DNA of 64,000 bases from Squalus acanthias (taxonomy: Eukaryota), in contig CM059449.1 of the NCBI GenBank assembly GCA_030390025.1, positions 33,914,001-33,978,000 of the forward strand. Reading direction: 5' to 3'. The position numbers and the translations under genes are program-made. The notes beneath the pieces were generated by a model that worked only from the letters and a program-made list of their open reading frames with translations, made no database searches and was not told the DNA's origin. Position 1 is the stretch's first letter, and every line of letters begins with the position of its first letter. This document shows positions 50,022 through 62,654 of this stretch, piece after piece.

Positions 50022-50717
50022 GGGCCAAAAATTGATCCCGCTGCGCGAGAGTACGCACTGCGTACTCTCGCGTATTCTCTCTCCAATTGCCGGTTTTCTG
50101 CATGCACTGCGCATGCGCTGAAAACCGGCACTTGGTCTTTGGAAAAGGGGGCGGTTCCTCGGTGCATCGCGTGCGCACTACAGGCTGGGTGCATCGCGTG
50201 CGCGCTACAGGCTGCGCGCACGCTGTGCACTTAGTGCTTTGGACGCGCAGGTAAGGACGGAAGATTTTAGAAACGAAAAAAGGAGTAAGACCCACTTTTA
50301 ACAAGGTAAGTAGTGAATTAAGTATTATTTTGAATTTTTTTTAACAGGTATATCTTTTTTAGAGACTTTAAAGACAGGTAAGTTTATTTTTATAACTTTT
50401 TAAAAGATTTAAAAAATTTTCAAAAATTTAATTTTTTATTTAAAATGGTTAATTTATTTAACTATACTTATTTTATTAATGTGATGGTTTTTTTTTATTT
50501 AATTGAGGTTTAGCTGTTATTTTGGGGGGGTGTAAGATTCATAGCTTTCACAGCACGGATGTGAAACTTATGAATGGAAGATGGTGTGCTGCCATTGGCT
50601 CTAACTGAGTCACGTGATCCCACAGCTCGCACGATTTCACTACGCCGGTGGGATACGCAAGCACTGCCCAGCTGATGTCTAGAACATCAAGTTCGTGCGA
50701 GCTGGATCTGAAAAAGC
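50022..50717. mobile_element. Harbinger-type MITE, one TIR deleted
   Basis: AAT|GGGCCAAAAATT; inverted near-copy of 52498-53241. Confidence 0.85.
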
Positions 50718-50834
50718 CACCAGTTCACTGAGCAATTTATGCAAAAGTCTAAACTTATATTCTGACATCAGAAATCTTTAATTAGTGGTAATTAATACAA
50801 GTTTCCTGAGAAGATAAAATAAAACCTAAAAGAC

Positions 50835-51095
50835 AGTCGGACAGACGTTCGTCCGTCCGTCCGTTTNNNNNNNNNNNNNNNNNNNNNNNNNNNNNNNNNN
50901 NNNNNNNNNNNNNNNNNNNNNNNNNNNNNNNNNNNNNNNNNNNNNNNNNNNNNNNNNNNNNNNNNNNNNNNNNNNNNNNNNNNNNNNNNNNNNNNNNNNN
51001 NNNNNNNNNNNNNNNNNNNNNNNNNNNNNNNNNATCGTTCTATCTAACTATCTGCCTATTTATCTATCTACCTATCTATCTATCTATCCATCGAT
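50835..51095. repeat. (GTCC)n/(TCTA)n microsatellite with N run
   Basis: Simple repeats on both sides of N run 50867-51033. Confidence 0.7.
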
Positions 51096-51151
51096 CCAGA
51101 GTTTATTTTCGTAAACTAATCAAACTGAAATTATGCAATCTAGCCACAATG

Positions 51152-54100
51152 TTACATACGAACATACGAGCATATGAATTAGGAGCAGGAGTAGGCCACT
51201 CGGCCCTTCGAGCCTCCTCCGCCATTCAATAAGTTCATGGCTGATTTGGTTACTCCACATTCCTGACTACCCCCGATAACTTTTCACCCCCTTGCTTAAC
51301 AAGAATCTATCTACCTCTGCTTAAAAATATTCAAAGACTCTGCTTGCACCGCCCTCTGAGGAACAGAGTTCAAAAGACTCACGACCCTCTGTGAGAAAAA
51401 AACTCTCCTCATCTCTGTCTTAAATGGGCGACCCCTTATTTTTAAACAGTGACCCCGAGTTCTAGATTCTCCCACAAGAGGAAACATCCTCTCCACATCC
51501 ACCCGGTCCAGACCCCTCAGGATCTTATATGTTTCAATCAAGTCACCTCTTACTCTTCTATACTCCAGCGGATACAAGCCTAGCCTGCCCAACCTTTCCT
51601 CATAAGACAACCCGCCCATTCCAGGTAATAGTCTAGTAAACCTTCTCTGAACTGCTTCCAGCGCATTTACATCCTTCCTTAAATAAGGAGACCAATACTG
51701 TACACAGTACTCCAGATGTGGTCTCACCAATGCCCTGTATAAATGAAGCATAACCTCCCTACTTTTGTAATCAATTCCACTCGCAATAAATGATAACATT
51801 CTATTAGCTTTCCTCATTACTTGCTGTACCTGCATAATAAACTTTTGCGATTTATGCACTAGGACTCCCGATCCCTCTGCACCTCAGAGCTCTGCAATCT
51901 CTCACCATTTAGATAATATGCTTCTTTTTTATTCTTCCTGTCAAAATGGAGAACTTCACATTTTCCCAGATTATACTCCATTTGCTAGATCTTTGCCCAC
52001 TCACTTAACCTATACATACCCCTTTGTAGCCACCTTATGTCCTCTTCACAATTTACTTTCCTACCTATCTTTGTGTTATCAGCAAATCTAGCAACCATAC
52101 TTTCGATCCCTTCATCCAAATCATTTATATAAATTGAAAAATGTTGATGCCCCAGCACTGATCCCTGTGGCACACCACTCGTTACATCTTGCCAATCAGA
52201 AAATGACCCATTTTTGCCTACTCTCTGTTTCCTGTTAGCGAGCCAATCTTCTATCCATGCCAATATGTTACCCTCTACACCATGAGCTTTTATTTTCCGC
52301 AATAACTGTTGAGGTGGCACCTTATCAAATGCCTTCTGGAAATCTAAGTACATTACATCCACCGGTTCCCCTTTATCCACAGCACACGTTACTTTCTCAA
52401 AGAACTCCAATAAATTGGTTAAACATGATTTTCCTTTCACAAAACCATGTTGACTCTGCCTGATTACGTTTAACTTTTCTAAGTGCCCTGCTATAATGGC
52501 CCAGAAATTGATCTCGCTCTGTTCCCGTGGGGGTAAGGCTTCCCCGCGATCTCTAACTCCGCGTGTGCTTTTTCAGATCCAGCTCGCAGGAACTTGATGT
52601 TCCAGACATCAGCTGGGCAGTGCTTGTGTATCCCACCGGCGTAGTGAATTCGTGCGAGCTGTGGGATCACGTGACTCAGTTAGAGCCAATGGCAGCACAC
52701 CATCTTCCATTCATAAGTTTCACAAACGTGCTGTGAAATCTATGAATCTTACACCCCCCCAAAATAACAGCTAAACCTCAATTAAATTTTAAAAAAAAAC
52801 CATCACATTAATAAAATAAGTATAGTTAAATAAATTAACCATTTTAAATAAAAAATTAAATTTTTGAAAAAATTTAAAATCTTTTAAAAAGTTATAAAAA
52901 TAAACTTACCTGTCTTTAAAGTCTCTAAAAAAGATATACCTGTTAAAAAAAATTCAAAAAAATACTTAATTCACTACTTACCTTGTTAAAAGTGGGTCTT
53001 ACTCCTCCTTTTTCCATTTCTAAAATCTTCCGTCCTTACCTGCGCGTCCAAAGCACGAAGTGCACAGCGTGCGCGCAGCCTGTAGCGCGCACGCGATGCA
53101 CCGAGGAACCGCCCCCATTTCAAAAGACCAAGTGCCGGTTTTCAGCGCATGCGCAGGGCATGCAGAAAACCGGCAATTGGAGAGAGAATAAGCGAGAGTA
53201 CGCAGTGCGTACTCTCGCGCAGCGGGATGAATTTTTGGCCCAATGTCTTTAATAATAGCTTCTAACATCATCCCTAGGACAGATGTTAAGCTAACTGGCC
53301 TGTTGTTTCCTGCTTTCTGTCTCCCTCCCTTTTTGAATAAAGCAGTTACATTCGCTATTTTCCAATCTAATGGAGCCTTCCCTGAATCTAGAGAATTTTG
53401 GAAAATTTAAATCAACGTGGCAACTATCTCACCCGCCACTTCTTTTAAGACACTTGGATGAAGTCCATCAGGACCCGGGGACTTGTCAGCCGGCAGCTCC
53501 AACAATTTGCTCAGTACTCCTTCCCTGGTGATTATAATTTTCTTGAGTTTCTTCCTCCCTTGCATTTCCTGATTTACATCTATTTCTGGGATGTTACTTG
53601 TATCCTCTATAGTGAAGACCGATGCAAAATACCTGTTCAATTCAACTGCCATCTCCTTATTTTCCATTATTAACTCCCCAGACTCACTTTTTATAGGACC
53701 AACGCTCACTTTGTTGAGTCTTTGCTTTTTTAAATATCTATAGAAACTCTTACTATCTGTTTTTGTATTTCTAGCCAGCTTTCTCTCGTACTCTAATGTT
53801 TCTCTCCTTATTAATCTTTTAGTCATTCTTTGCTGTTTTTTATATTCTGTCCAATCTTCTGACCTGCCACCCATCTTTGTGCAATTATATACTTTTTCTT
53901 TAAGTTTAATACTATCATTAACTTTTTAAGTTAACCACGGATGGTGGGTCCTCCCCTTGGAATTTTTCTTTCTTGTTGGAATGTATATATTCTGTGTATT
54001 TTGAAATATCCCCTTAAATGTCTGCCACTGCAACTCTATTGACATATCCCTTAACCTAATTTGCCAGTTCACTTTAGCTAGCTCTGTTTTCATGCCCTCA

Positions 54101-54560
54101 TAATTGCCCTTATTTAAGTTTAAAATAGTAGTCTTGGACCACTCTTCTCTCTCTCAAACTGAATGTAAAATTCAATCATATTATGATCGCTGCCAAGGGG
54201 CACCTTCACTATGAGGTCATTAATTAATCCTATCTCGTTGCACAATACCAGGTCTAGTATAGCCTGCTCTCTGGTAGGCTCCAGAACGTGCTGTTGTAAG
54301 AAACTATCCCGAAAACATTCCATGAAATCCTCATCTAGGCTACCTTTGCCCATCTGATTTTTCCAGTCTATATGCAGATTGAAATCCCCCACGATTATTG
54401 CCGTCCCCTTCTGACAAACTCTCATTATTTCTTCCTTTATGCTCCATCCTACCATGTGGTTACTGTTAGGGGGCCTGTACATCACTCCAACAAGTGACTT
54501 CTTGCCTTTATTATTTCTCATCTCTACCCAAACCGCTTCTACATCCTGGTTCCCACAAAT
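51152..54560 (-). mobile_element. CR1 LINE ORF2 (EN end plus RT), split by MITE
   Basis: YRPPN, GDFN, LDLV and SDHN endonuclease motifs; RT motifs; 3' tail at ~51155. Confidence 0.93.
52498..53241. mobile_element. Complete Harbinger-type MITE
   Basis: GGCCCAGAAATT / AATTTTTGGCCC; AAT TSD (52495-97, 53242-44); CR1 sequence resumes exactly across it. Confidence 0.92.
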
Positions 54561-54907
54561 CACTCAAACATCATGGTATGTTTTGTTTTTCAATCGCGGT
54601 TGTCTGAACATTCCATTGTGCACAATAAGAGATTACATTTTAAAACGTCAACTATTGTATTTTACAATACAATCATTAATTTTATCCAGTAAATTGCCTT
54701 TTGTATCTATTAATGCATTCCTGAAATTGTCTACCTGAAGGCTTCCTCCTCTTTCAGGAGCTTGGTCTTTGAGTTGAATGGTGACGGTTCAATCTGGGAT
54801 TGTTAACTAGGACTAATTTCCCAGCATATATCTGTAGCGTTCAGTGAGCGGGGATGGATTTCTTTACATTTTACCAAATTTTTCTGAATGATGTTTCCTA
54901 AACTAAT

Positions 54908-55673
54908 GTCCCGTATTTTGTGATTCCTACGGGTGCGTACGAGCTGTGTACACACCCGTAGGGACCTCACAAGTGCCGGTTTCAGGCATGGGAAGCGCAT
55001 GCGCTGAAAACCGGCACTTCCGATCTGTCAAGAATCCTCTTGACAGATCGCTCGCCTATCCTGGAGAAGGGCCTCTGCGGGTGCAGAGTTCCGCTTTCTG
55101 CAGAACCTCCGCCCGCTGAAAACCCGTAAAAATCTTACGCCTGGTAAAAGCAGCCGTAAGGCCTGCCTTTACCAGCATACGAATTTAAAAAAGTAAAAAC
55201 AATATTTGTTTTCATTCATTTATAATGTAAAAATACTTCTAAAAAAGGTAATTTTATTTTGAGCCCCGTAAAAAAAACTTTAATTATTTATAAAAAAAAT
55301 TAAATTCTTCTATAAAATATTTAATTTAATGTAATTTTAACTCATTTTAAAAAAGTGATTAAAAAAAATAATTCAAAGCTTTAGTGTATTTTTTGAGTGA
55401 TCCCCATTCATACTGTTGACAGGTCTAAGATGGGAGACTTCAAAAGAATGAAGGGGGATTCCCCTCTCCCATCGGGTCGCCAGGCCCACATGATCCCAGG
55501 AACGCTTGCGAACCGCCGGCGCCCCTGGGATACCTGGGCCTCTGCGCGCGTGCACCAGGAGAGGTCCAGGCACGGCAGAGTCCTGACCTCGGGAGCCCTC
55601 AGGTAAGGGCGTACATTTTTTCCCGATAGGAGGCATCCGCACGCAGGAAGCCTCCTATCGGAAATTACGGGCC
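54908..55673. mobile_element. Complete Harbinger-type MITE
   Basis: AAT|GTCCCGTATTTT ... GGAAATTACGGGCC|TAT. Confidence 0.85.
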
Positions 55674-56080
55674 TATATCGAAGAAATCTGGAGGACCAGT
55701 GCCAAATCTTTATTGTTTTAAAATATAGTTTGACATTTTCTGTACAAGAAAAGGCCTTTGGGTTCATTGCAACTCATCCTTCCGGGGCCAGGAGTTTTCC
55801 AGTAGATTCAAACTTCATTGGGAACACCGCCAATGATTACCATTCCTGCTTTCCTACTTAGGGATTTATCGTAGTTTTCATCATCGTAGAGGAAAGTTGC
55901 TCCTAATATTTGTTTGCATCTCCCAAGCCACGAACTTAGATCTGTGTCTTCTGACTTACTTTGAACTTTTATTCTGCACTCTTGAAAGTGGCCTTCAAAG
56001 ACTGAGATTAAATCTCCCTGTGAGATAGTAGAAATCCTAACACACCGATGTGAAAACACCTTGAGGGACCGTATGACCCC

Positions 56081-56190
56081 TTAACACACTGATATGAAAT
56101 CACCCTGTGGGGCGGTGTGACCTTTAACACTCTGATATGAAATCACCCTGTGGGGCGGTGTGACCTTTAACACACTAATATCAAATCCCC
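56081..56190. repeat. Tandem repeat, 43 bp x ~2.5
   Basis: TTAACACACTGATATGAAATCACCCTGTGGGGCGGTGTGACCT. Confidence 0.9.
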
Positions 56191-58129
56191 CATTCTTCGA
56201 GTTTTGTTTTGAACCAGGTTGTCCCAGTGAGAGTTTCCAATCTTTCTCTTCCACACCACGCCATTCCTCACACAAAAATATTCTATCACAACTACCTTAT
56301 GGCTTTCGGCCAAGCAAGACCAACGAAAGGTCTTGCTGGGCCTCACCAACCAAATCAGACCACTCTCCCTTAACTGAGGATTCAGTTCTGCTCCATATTG
56401 AAGGCAGTTTGGAAGAAACGCTCAGGGAAGCACGGACACAGAATGTCAGCTGAGTGGGGACTTCAATGTCCACCGCCAGAAGTAGCCCAGTAGTCTCTGC
56501 ACTGGTAAAGATTGGGCACTTGTACTGGGCCTAGAATTTCTGTACCTGGTAAGGTTTCGGTGCTGATTATTGAATACCAATACTGTTAACGAATAATACT
56601 GGTACATGGAACTGTGCCCTTTAACATGTAGAGTAGAGGTTCTCCATTGCAGTTACTACACTGGCGGGGTCTTGTCATGGTGTGGATCCACGGAATGAAG
56701 GCAGACGGGAAATGTGCCTTGTTAACAGCTCAAGTCCTGGGACATGGAATATTAGACATTAAATATTCGTTGCAGTTTATTTGTTCATGGCTTGTTTTGC
56801 TGTTATGGAGCAAATTGCAAAGTTTTCAAGGATTTCTAGCTGTCTTCTCGCGGTTGGAACACTGAATATGCGGGAATGTGCATCAGGTAACGGAAACAGC
56901 TTTGTTGAATGGACGCGGGTGTCTGTCCAGTTCGGCAGATGCTAAAGCCGCAAAGTTTCGTTTTGTGTCACTCAGAGACGAGCAGTGTTAGCAAAAAGTC
57001 CCTGCACATAAACCACAAGCGACAACAAATATAGCACAGAGCACATTGCTTAAAGCATCCACAACATGTTCCACAGTCGGATCACGGCATCGACCATTCC
57101 GAGCCCAGCTCTCATTACATCCATTGTGTATACAGAGGGACTTTAAGTACAAGTCGGGAATAATAATGGTATTCTAAATGGTGAATTCATTTTCTTCCGG
57201 TTTCTTTCGGTATTTTCCGACTCTGTTTTGCTAAAATAGAATATTTGGAAACTCCAGCGGATCCAGTAAATAGGAACGTTACATTGGGAAATTATTCGAT
57301 ACGCCATTCCTCTATCGGGGGAGCGCAAGAGGCCAGAATTGGAGGCGCGCAGATATGTATATAAAATAAAGGCAGTGTTTGAAAAGTTTCTGGGACTCGA
57401 TAACGGTTTAGTTGACCCCTGGCTGAACTCAATGTTTGAGCTCCCATTTTATGGGAAATTTGTCATTATTAAAGTTTGTTAACTTGGCCGCATTGTACCA
57501 ATTACGGAAGATGGATTTAATGTTATTTAAAGGGGTACTTCATTCACTGGAAAGTTCAAAGGTGCACAGGTATATCTCACACCTTTACCCGTCCTCCCGC
57601 CCCCACCTGTGTTTTAATCTTTAAACCTTCCGGTCTGGGCACCGTGCCAGGCCAGGAGGTTAGGACGGATTTCCTTGTTCAATACAAGTATGAATATTAC
57701 TTCCAGTCACATCATAAATGGCCAGTGCGACCCCCGTGCGGGAGATGAACTTTACCAGCAAACCAAGACTCAGTGTCTGGGCTCCCCCATGAAACACAGA
57801 CTGAAAGGTGTGGTTTCCGATGTCAGTTGGTTCCTGTGCACTACACCGTGAGTCACTGTCTCCGGTATAGGAGAGAATAAATAGTTCATCCCCACCCCAA
57901 AACAATAGAATAATTCTCGAAACCGTACATTTCAAATCGGTGATAGTGAGAAACAGACCTGGAGATATAAAGCTGTTGGTTATTTGAAATCATTCTGGTT
58001 ACTAATAAGAAAATAAATCCATGAAAATGAAACATTATCTGAGAGTTAGCTTTCTTGAATTATATAAAGGACGCTTTGGGCCCGTCACTAACTACAACAT
58101 GGAACACTTATCTTCACGTGGTGCATTAC

Positions 58130-58875
58130 ATCGAGTTTACAGCACAGAAACAGGCCATTCGGCCCATTCGGCCCATCTGGCCCCTGCCAGTGTTTATGCT
58201 CCACACCAGCCTCCTCCCGCTCTATTTGCTTCATCTCACCCTATACACATATCCTTCTATTCCTTTCTCCCTCATGTACTTATCTAGCTTCTCCGTAATA
58301 CATCTGTGCTATTCGCCTCAACCACTCCACGTGGTAGCGAGTTCCACATTATCACCGCTCTCTGAGTAAAGAGATTTCTGCTGAATTCCTTGTTAGATGT
58401 ATTAGTGATTATCTTATATTTGTGGCGTCTAGTTTTGGATTCCCCACAAGTAGAATCATCTTCTCTAAGTCTACACTATCGAACCCCTTCATAATCTTAA
58501 AGACCTCTAGCAGGTCACCCCTCAGTCTTCCCTTTTCTGGAGTAAAGAGCCCCAGTCTATTCATTTTTTCCTGATAGTTATAACCTCTCAATCTGGTGAC
58601 ATCCTTGTAAAAAATACGTTTTCCAATGCCCCTATATCCTTTTTTTATAATATGCAGACCAGAACTGTGCATGTTAATCTAAACGTGATCTAAGCAAGGT
58701 TCAAAACAAGTTCAACATAACTTCTTTGCTTTTGAATTGTATTTGTCAAGAAATTAACCCCAATGCTTTGTTACCGTTTTATGGCCTTATTAACCAGTGT
58801 GGCTGCATTTAATGATCCCTTTGCTGCTCTACCCCATTTAGTCTCTTATTTTCCAAAAAGTATGTGTACTCCTTA
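58130..58875 (-). mobile_element. CR1 3' fragment
   Basis: RLGLF..RLRGDLLEVFKIMKG. Confidence 0.75.
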
Positions 58876-61800
58876 CATACGAACATAAAAAAAGGAGCAG
58901 GAGTAGGCCATTTGGCCCTTTGAGCCTGCTCCACCATTCAATAAGATCATGGTTGAACTTTTACCTCATCTCCACTTTCCTGCACTATCCCCATATCCCT
59001 TGATACCCTTAATATTCAAAAATAAATCGATCTCTGTCTTGAATATAATCAACGACACATCCTCAACAGCCCTCTGGAGTAGAGAATTCCAAAGATTCAC
59101 CACCCTCTGAGTGAAGAAATATCTCCTCATCTCAATCCTAAATGGCCAACCCCTTATTCTGAGACTGACACCTTGGTCTAGACTCTCCAACCAGGGGAAA
59201 CATCTACCCTGTCAAACCCTGCAAGAATGTTGTATGTTTCAATGAGATCACCTCTCATTCTTCTAAACTCTAGAAAATATAGACCTAGTCTACTCAATCG
59301 CTCCTCATAGGATAATCCCCCCATCCCAGGAACAAATCTGGTGAACCTTCGTTGCACTCCCTCCATGGCAAGTATATCCTTCCTTAGCTAAGGAGTCCAA
59401 AACTGTACACAATACTCCAGGTGTGGTCTCACCAGGGCCCTATATAACTGCAGTAAGACATCTTTATTCTTATACACAAATCCTTTTGTAATAAAGGCCA
59501 ACGTACCAATGTTTTCCTAATTTTTTTCTGAACTTGCATGTTAACTTTCAGTGATTCGTGCACAAGGGCACCCAGGTCCCTCTGAACACCACCATTTTGC
59601 AATCTCTCAACATTTTAAAAATACTCTGCTTTTCTATTTTTCCTACCGAAGTGGATAACTTCACATTTCTCCACATTATATTCCATTTGCCGCGTTCTTG
59701 CCCACACATTTAGCCTGTCATGTATACCCTTGAAGCTTCCTTGCATCCTCCCCACAACTTACATTCCCACCCAGCTTTGTATCATCAGCAAACTTGGATA
59801 TATTACATATAGTCCCCTCATCCAAATGATTGATGTAGATTGGGAATGCTGAGGCCCAAGCACTGATCCTTGCGGTACCCCACTAGTTACAGCCTGCCAA
59901 CCTGAAAATGATCCATTTATTCCTACTCTCTGTTTTCTGTCCGTTAACCAATCCTCAATCCATGCTAATATATTACCCCCATTCCCTTGAGCCTTAATTT
60001 TGTTTAACACCCTCTTGTGTGGCACCATATCGAAAGTCTTCTGAAAATCCTAATACACCCCATCCACTGTTTCCATCTTATCTATCCAGCTAGTTACAGC
60101 CTCAAAAAACTCTAACAGATTTGTCAAACACGATTTCCCTTTCATAAATCCGTGTTGATTCTGCCCAATCCCATTATTATTTTCCAAGTGCCCTGTTTTC
60201 ACATCCTTAATAATAGATTCTAGCATTTCCCCCACTACTGACATCAAGCTAAATGGTTGTAGTTCCCCGTTTTCTCTCTCCCTCCTGTCTTAAAACGTGG
60301 GATAACATTTGTTAACTTCCAATCTGCGGGAACCGTTCTAGAATCTATGGAGTTTTGGAAAATGACAACCAATGCATCCAGTATATCTATATCCACTTCT
60401 TTCAAAACCCTAGGATGTAGGCCATCAGTTCCAGGGGATTTATTGGCTTTCAGTCCCTTTAATTTGTCCAGTATAATTTTTTTACTAATACTAATTTCTT
60501 CCAGCTCCTCATTCTCGCTAGACCCTTGGTTCTCCACTATTTCCGGGAAGTTTTTTGCGTCTTCTTCCATGAAGACTGACACAAAGTATTTGTTTCATTC
60601 CTCTGCCATTTCTTTATTTTCCATTATAATTTCTCCTGTCTCAGCCTGTAACAGACACACATTTACTTTCGCTAATCTTTTCCTTTTTACACACCAATAG
60701 AAGTTTTTACAATCTGTCTTTATGTCTCTCGCTAGTTTACTCTCATATTCGATTTCCCCTTTCTTTATCTATTTGAAATGTACTCTTTCCTGAATCCTCC
60801 CACCCACACCTTCATTAGTTTAATGCCCTGTCTGCTGCCCTAGTTATGTCTTTCGGCAGGACACTGGTGCAAGCCCGGTTTAAGTGGAGCCGTCCCAACG
60901 GAACAGTTCCCTCTTTTCCCAGTACCGGTGTCAGTGCCACAGGGACTGCAACCCCTTCCTCCCACATCACTCATTGAGCCAAGCATTTAAACCTCTAATC
61001 TGTTTGTCCCTATGCCAATGTGCGCGTGGCTCAGGTAACAATCCAGAGATTATTACCTTTGAGGTTCTGCTTTTTAATATTGATCCTAGGTCCTCAAAGT
61101 CCCTCAGCAGAACCTCATTCCTTGTTCTACCTATGTCGTTGTTTGCTACATGGACCACGACAAACTGGATCCTCCCCCTCGAACTCCAAAGACTTCCCCA
61201 GGCGCGAGGAAATATCTTTAACCCTGGCACCGGGCAGGCAACACAATTCTGTGGCAACAAGAGCAGGTCAGAGGCTGGTATTCTGCAGCGAATTTCTCAC
61301 CTCCTGACTCCCCAAAGCCTTTCCACCATCTACAATGCACAAGTAAGGAGTGTGATGGAATACTCTCCAATTGCTTGGATGAGTGTAGCTCCAACAACAA
61401 TCAAGAAGCTCGACACCATCCAGGACAAAGCAGCCCGCTTGATTGGCACCCCATCCACCACCTTAAACATTCACTCCCTCCACCACCGGCTTACCGTGGC
61501 TGCAGTGTGTACCATCTACAAGATGCACTGCAGTAATTCGCCAAGGCTTCTTCGGCAGCACCTCCCAAACCCGTGACCTCTTCCACCTAGAAGGACAATT
61601 GCAGCAGGCGCATGGGAACACCACCACCTCCAAATTCCCCTCCAAGTCACACACCATCCTGACTTAGAAGTATATCGCCGATCCTTCATCGTCGCTGGGT
61701 CAAAATCCTGGAACACCCTACCTAATAGCACTGTAGGAGTACCATCACCACACGGACTGCAGCGGTTCAAGAAGGCGGCTCACCACCACCACCTTCTCAA

Positions 61801-62650
61801 GGGCAACTAGGGATGGGCAATAAAGGCTGGCATTGCCAGCGACGCCCTGATCCCATAAACAAATTTTAAAAAAACATTCAGAACTTCAGCTGCAGAGATT
61901 AGTATCTATCCCCCTGACTATAATGTCCCCTACCATAGCTACATTCCCTTTCACTCCCCCCACTTGAACGGCCTCCTGCACCATGGTGCCATGGTCAACT
62001 TGCTCAGTCAACCTGCAGACTTTTCCCTCATCCACACTGGCAGCAAGAACCTCATACCTTTTGGACCAGGGCAAAGGCTGCGGCTCCTCCAGCACTGCAC
62101 CTGGGGTTCCCTTACCTGCCTGAATTGCCATCACACCCTCCTGTCCCTGACCCCTAACCAGACCTATCCCAATACCTTACCTAAGGGATGTGACTGCCTC
62201 ATTTATCAAAGCATCCAGGTAACTCAACCCATTCGTGATGTCCCGCAATGTCTGCACTTCAGACTCCAGCTCAAAAACTTTGAGATGGAGTTCCTCAAGA
62301 TGTAAACAATTACTGCAAACGTGGTTGTACGGGATCAGAATGCTCTCCACAAACTCCCACATGCAACAGTTGCGGCAAACCACCTGCACTACCATCCCTT
62401 TATGACCTTGTTTTATTTAATTAAATTTAATTTATTGTGTATTTAGGTAACTTAGTTTACAGTGTAGTTTCTTGACTACTTACTTGATCTAGATTAATTT
62501 AACTGTACTGCAATTAAATATCTACTTGTAACACAAACCACAAGTAGTGTAGCCAAAAAGCAACAACGCATTTCCCCTCTTCTCCGAATTCCCACTCTTT
62601 CCAAATTCCCAAATAAAACACGCTGCTCAAGTCTACTCCGTTTAGTTCCG
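58876..62650 (-). mobile_element. CR1 LINE with ORF1 (Zn finger plus SGNH esterase) and RT; endonuclease deleted
   Basis: CxxC..CxxC plus coiled coil (62177-62395); VVVHVANND..VIISGLLP esterase; RT fragments 58966-60582. Confidence 0.85.
61250..61875 (+). mobile_element. Non-LTR retrotransposon 3' fragment nested in CR1 ORF1
   Basis: IYNAQVRSVMEYS..LDTIQDKAARLI post-RT motif; A-rich tail. Confidence 0.8.
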
Positions 62651-62654
62651 CACT

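Noticed and set aside
49759-50304. 181-aa ORF as a novel MITE-MHC fusion protein
   Set aside because: Chance read-through from the MITE into a frameshifted alpha1 exon; non-ATG start and no signal peptide
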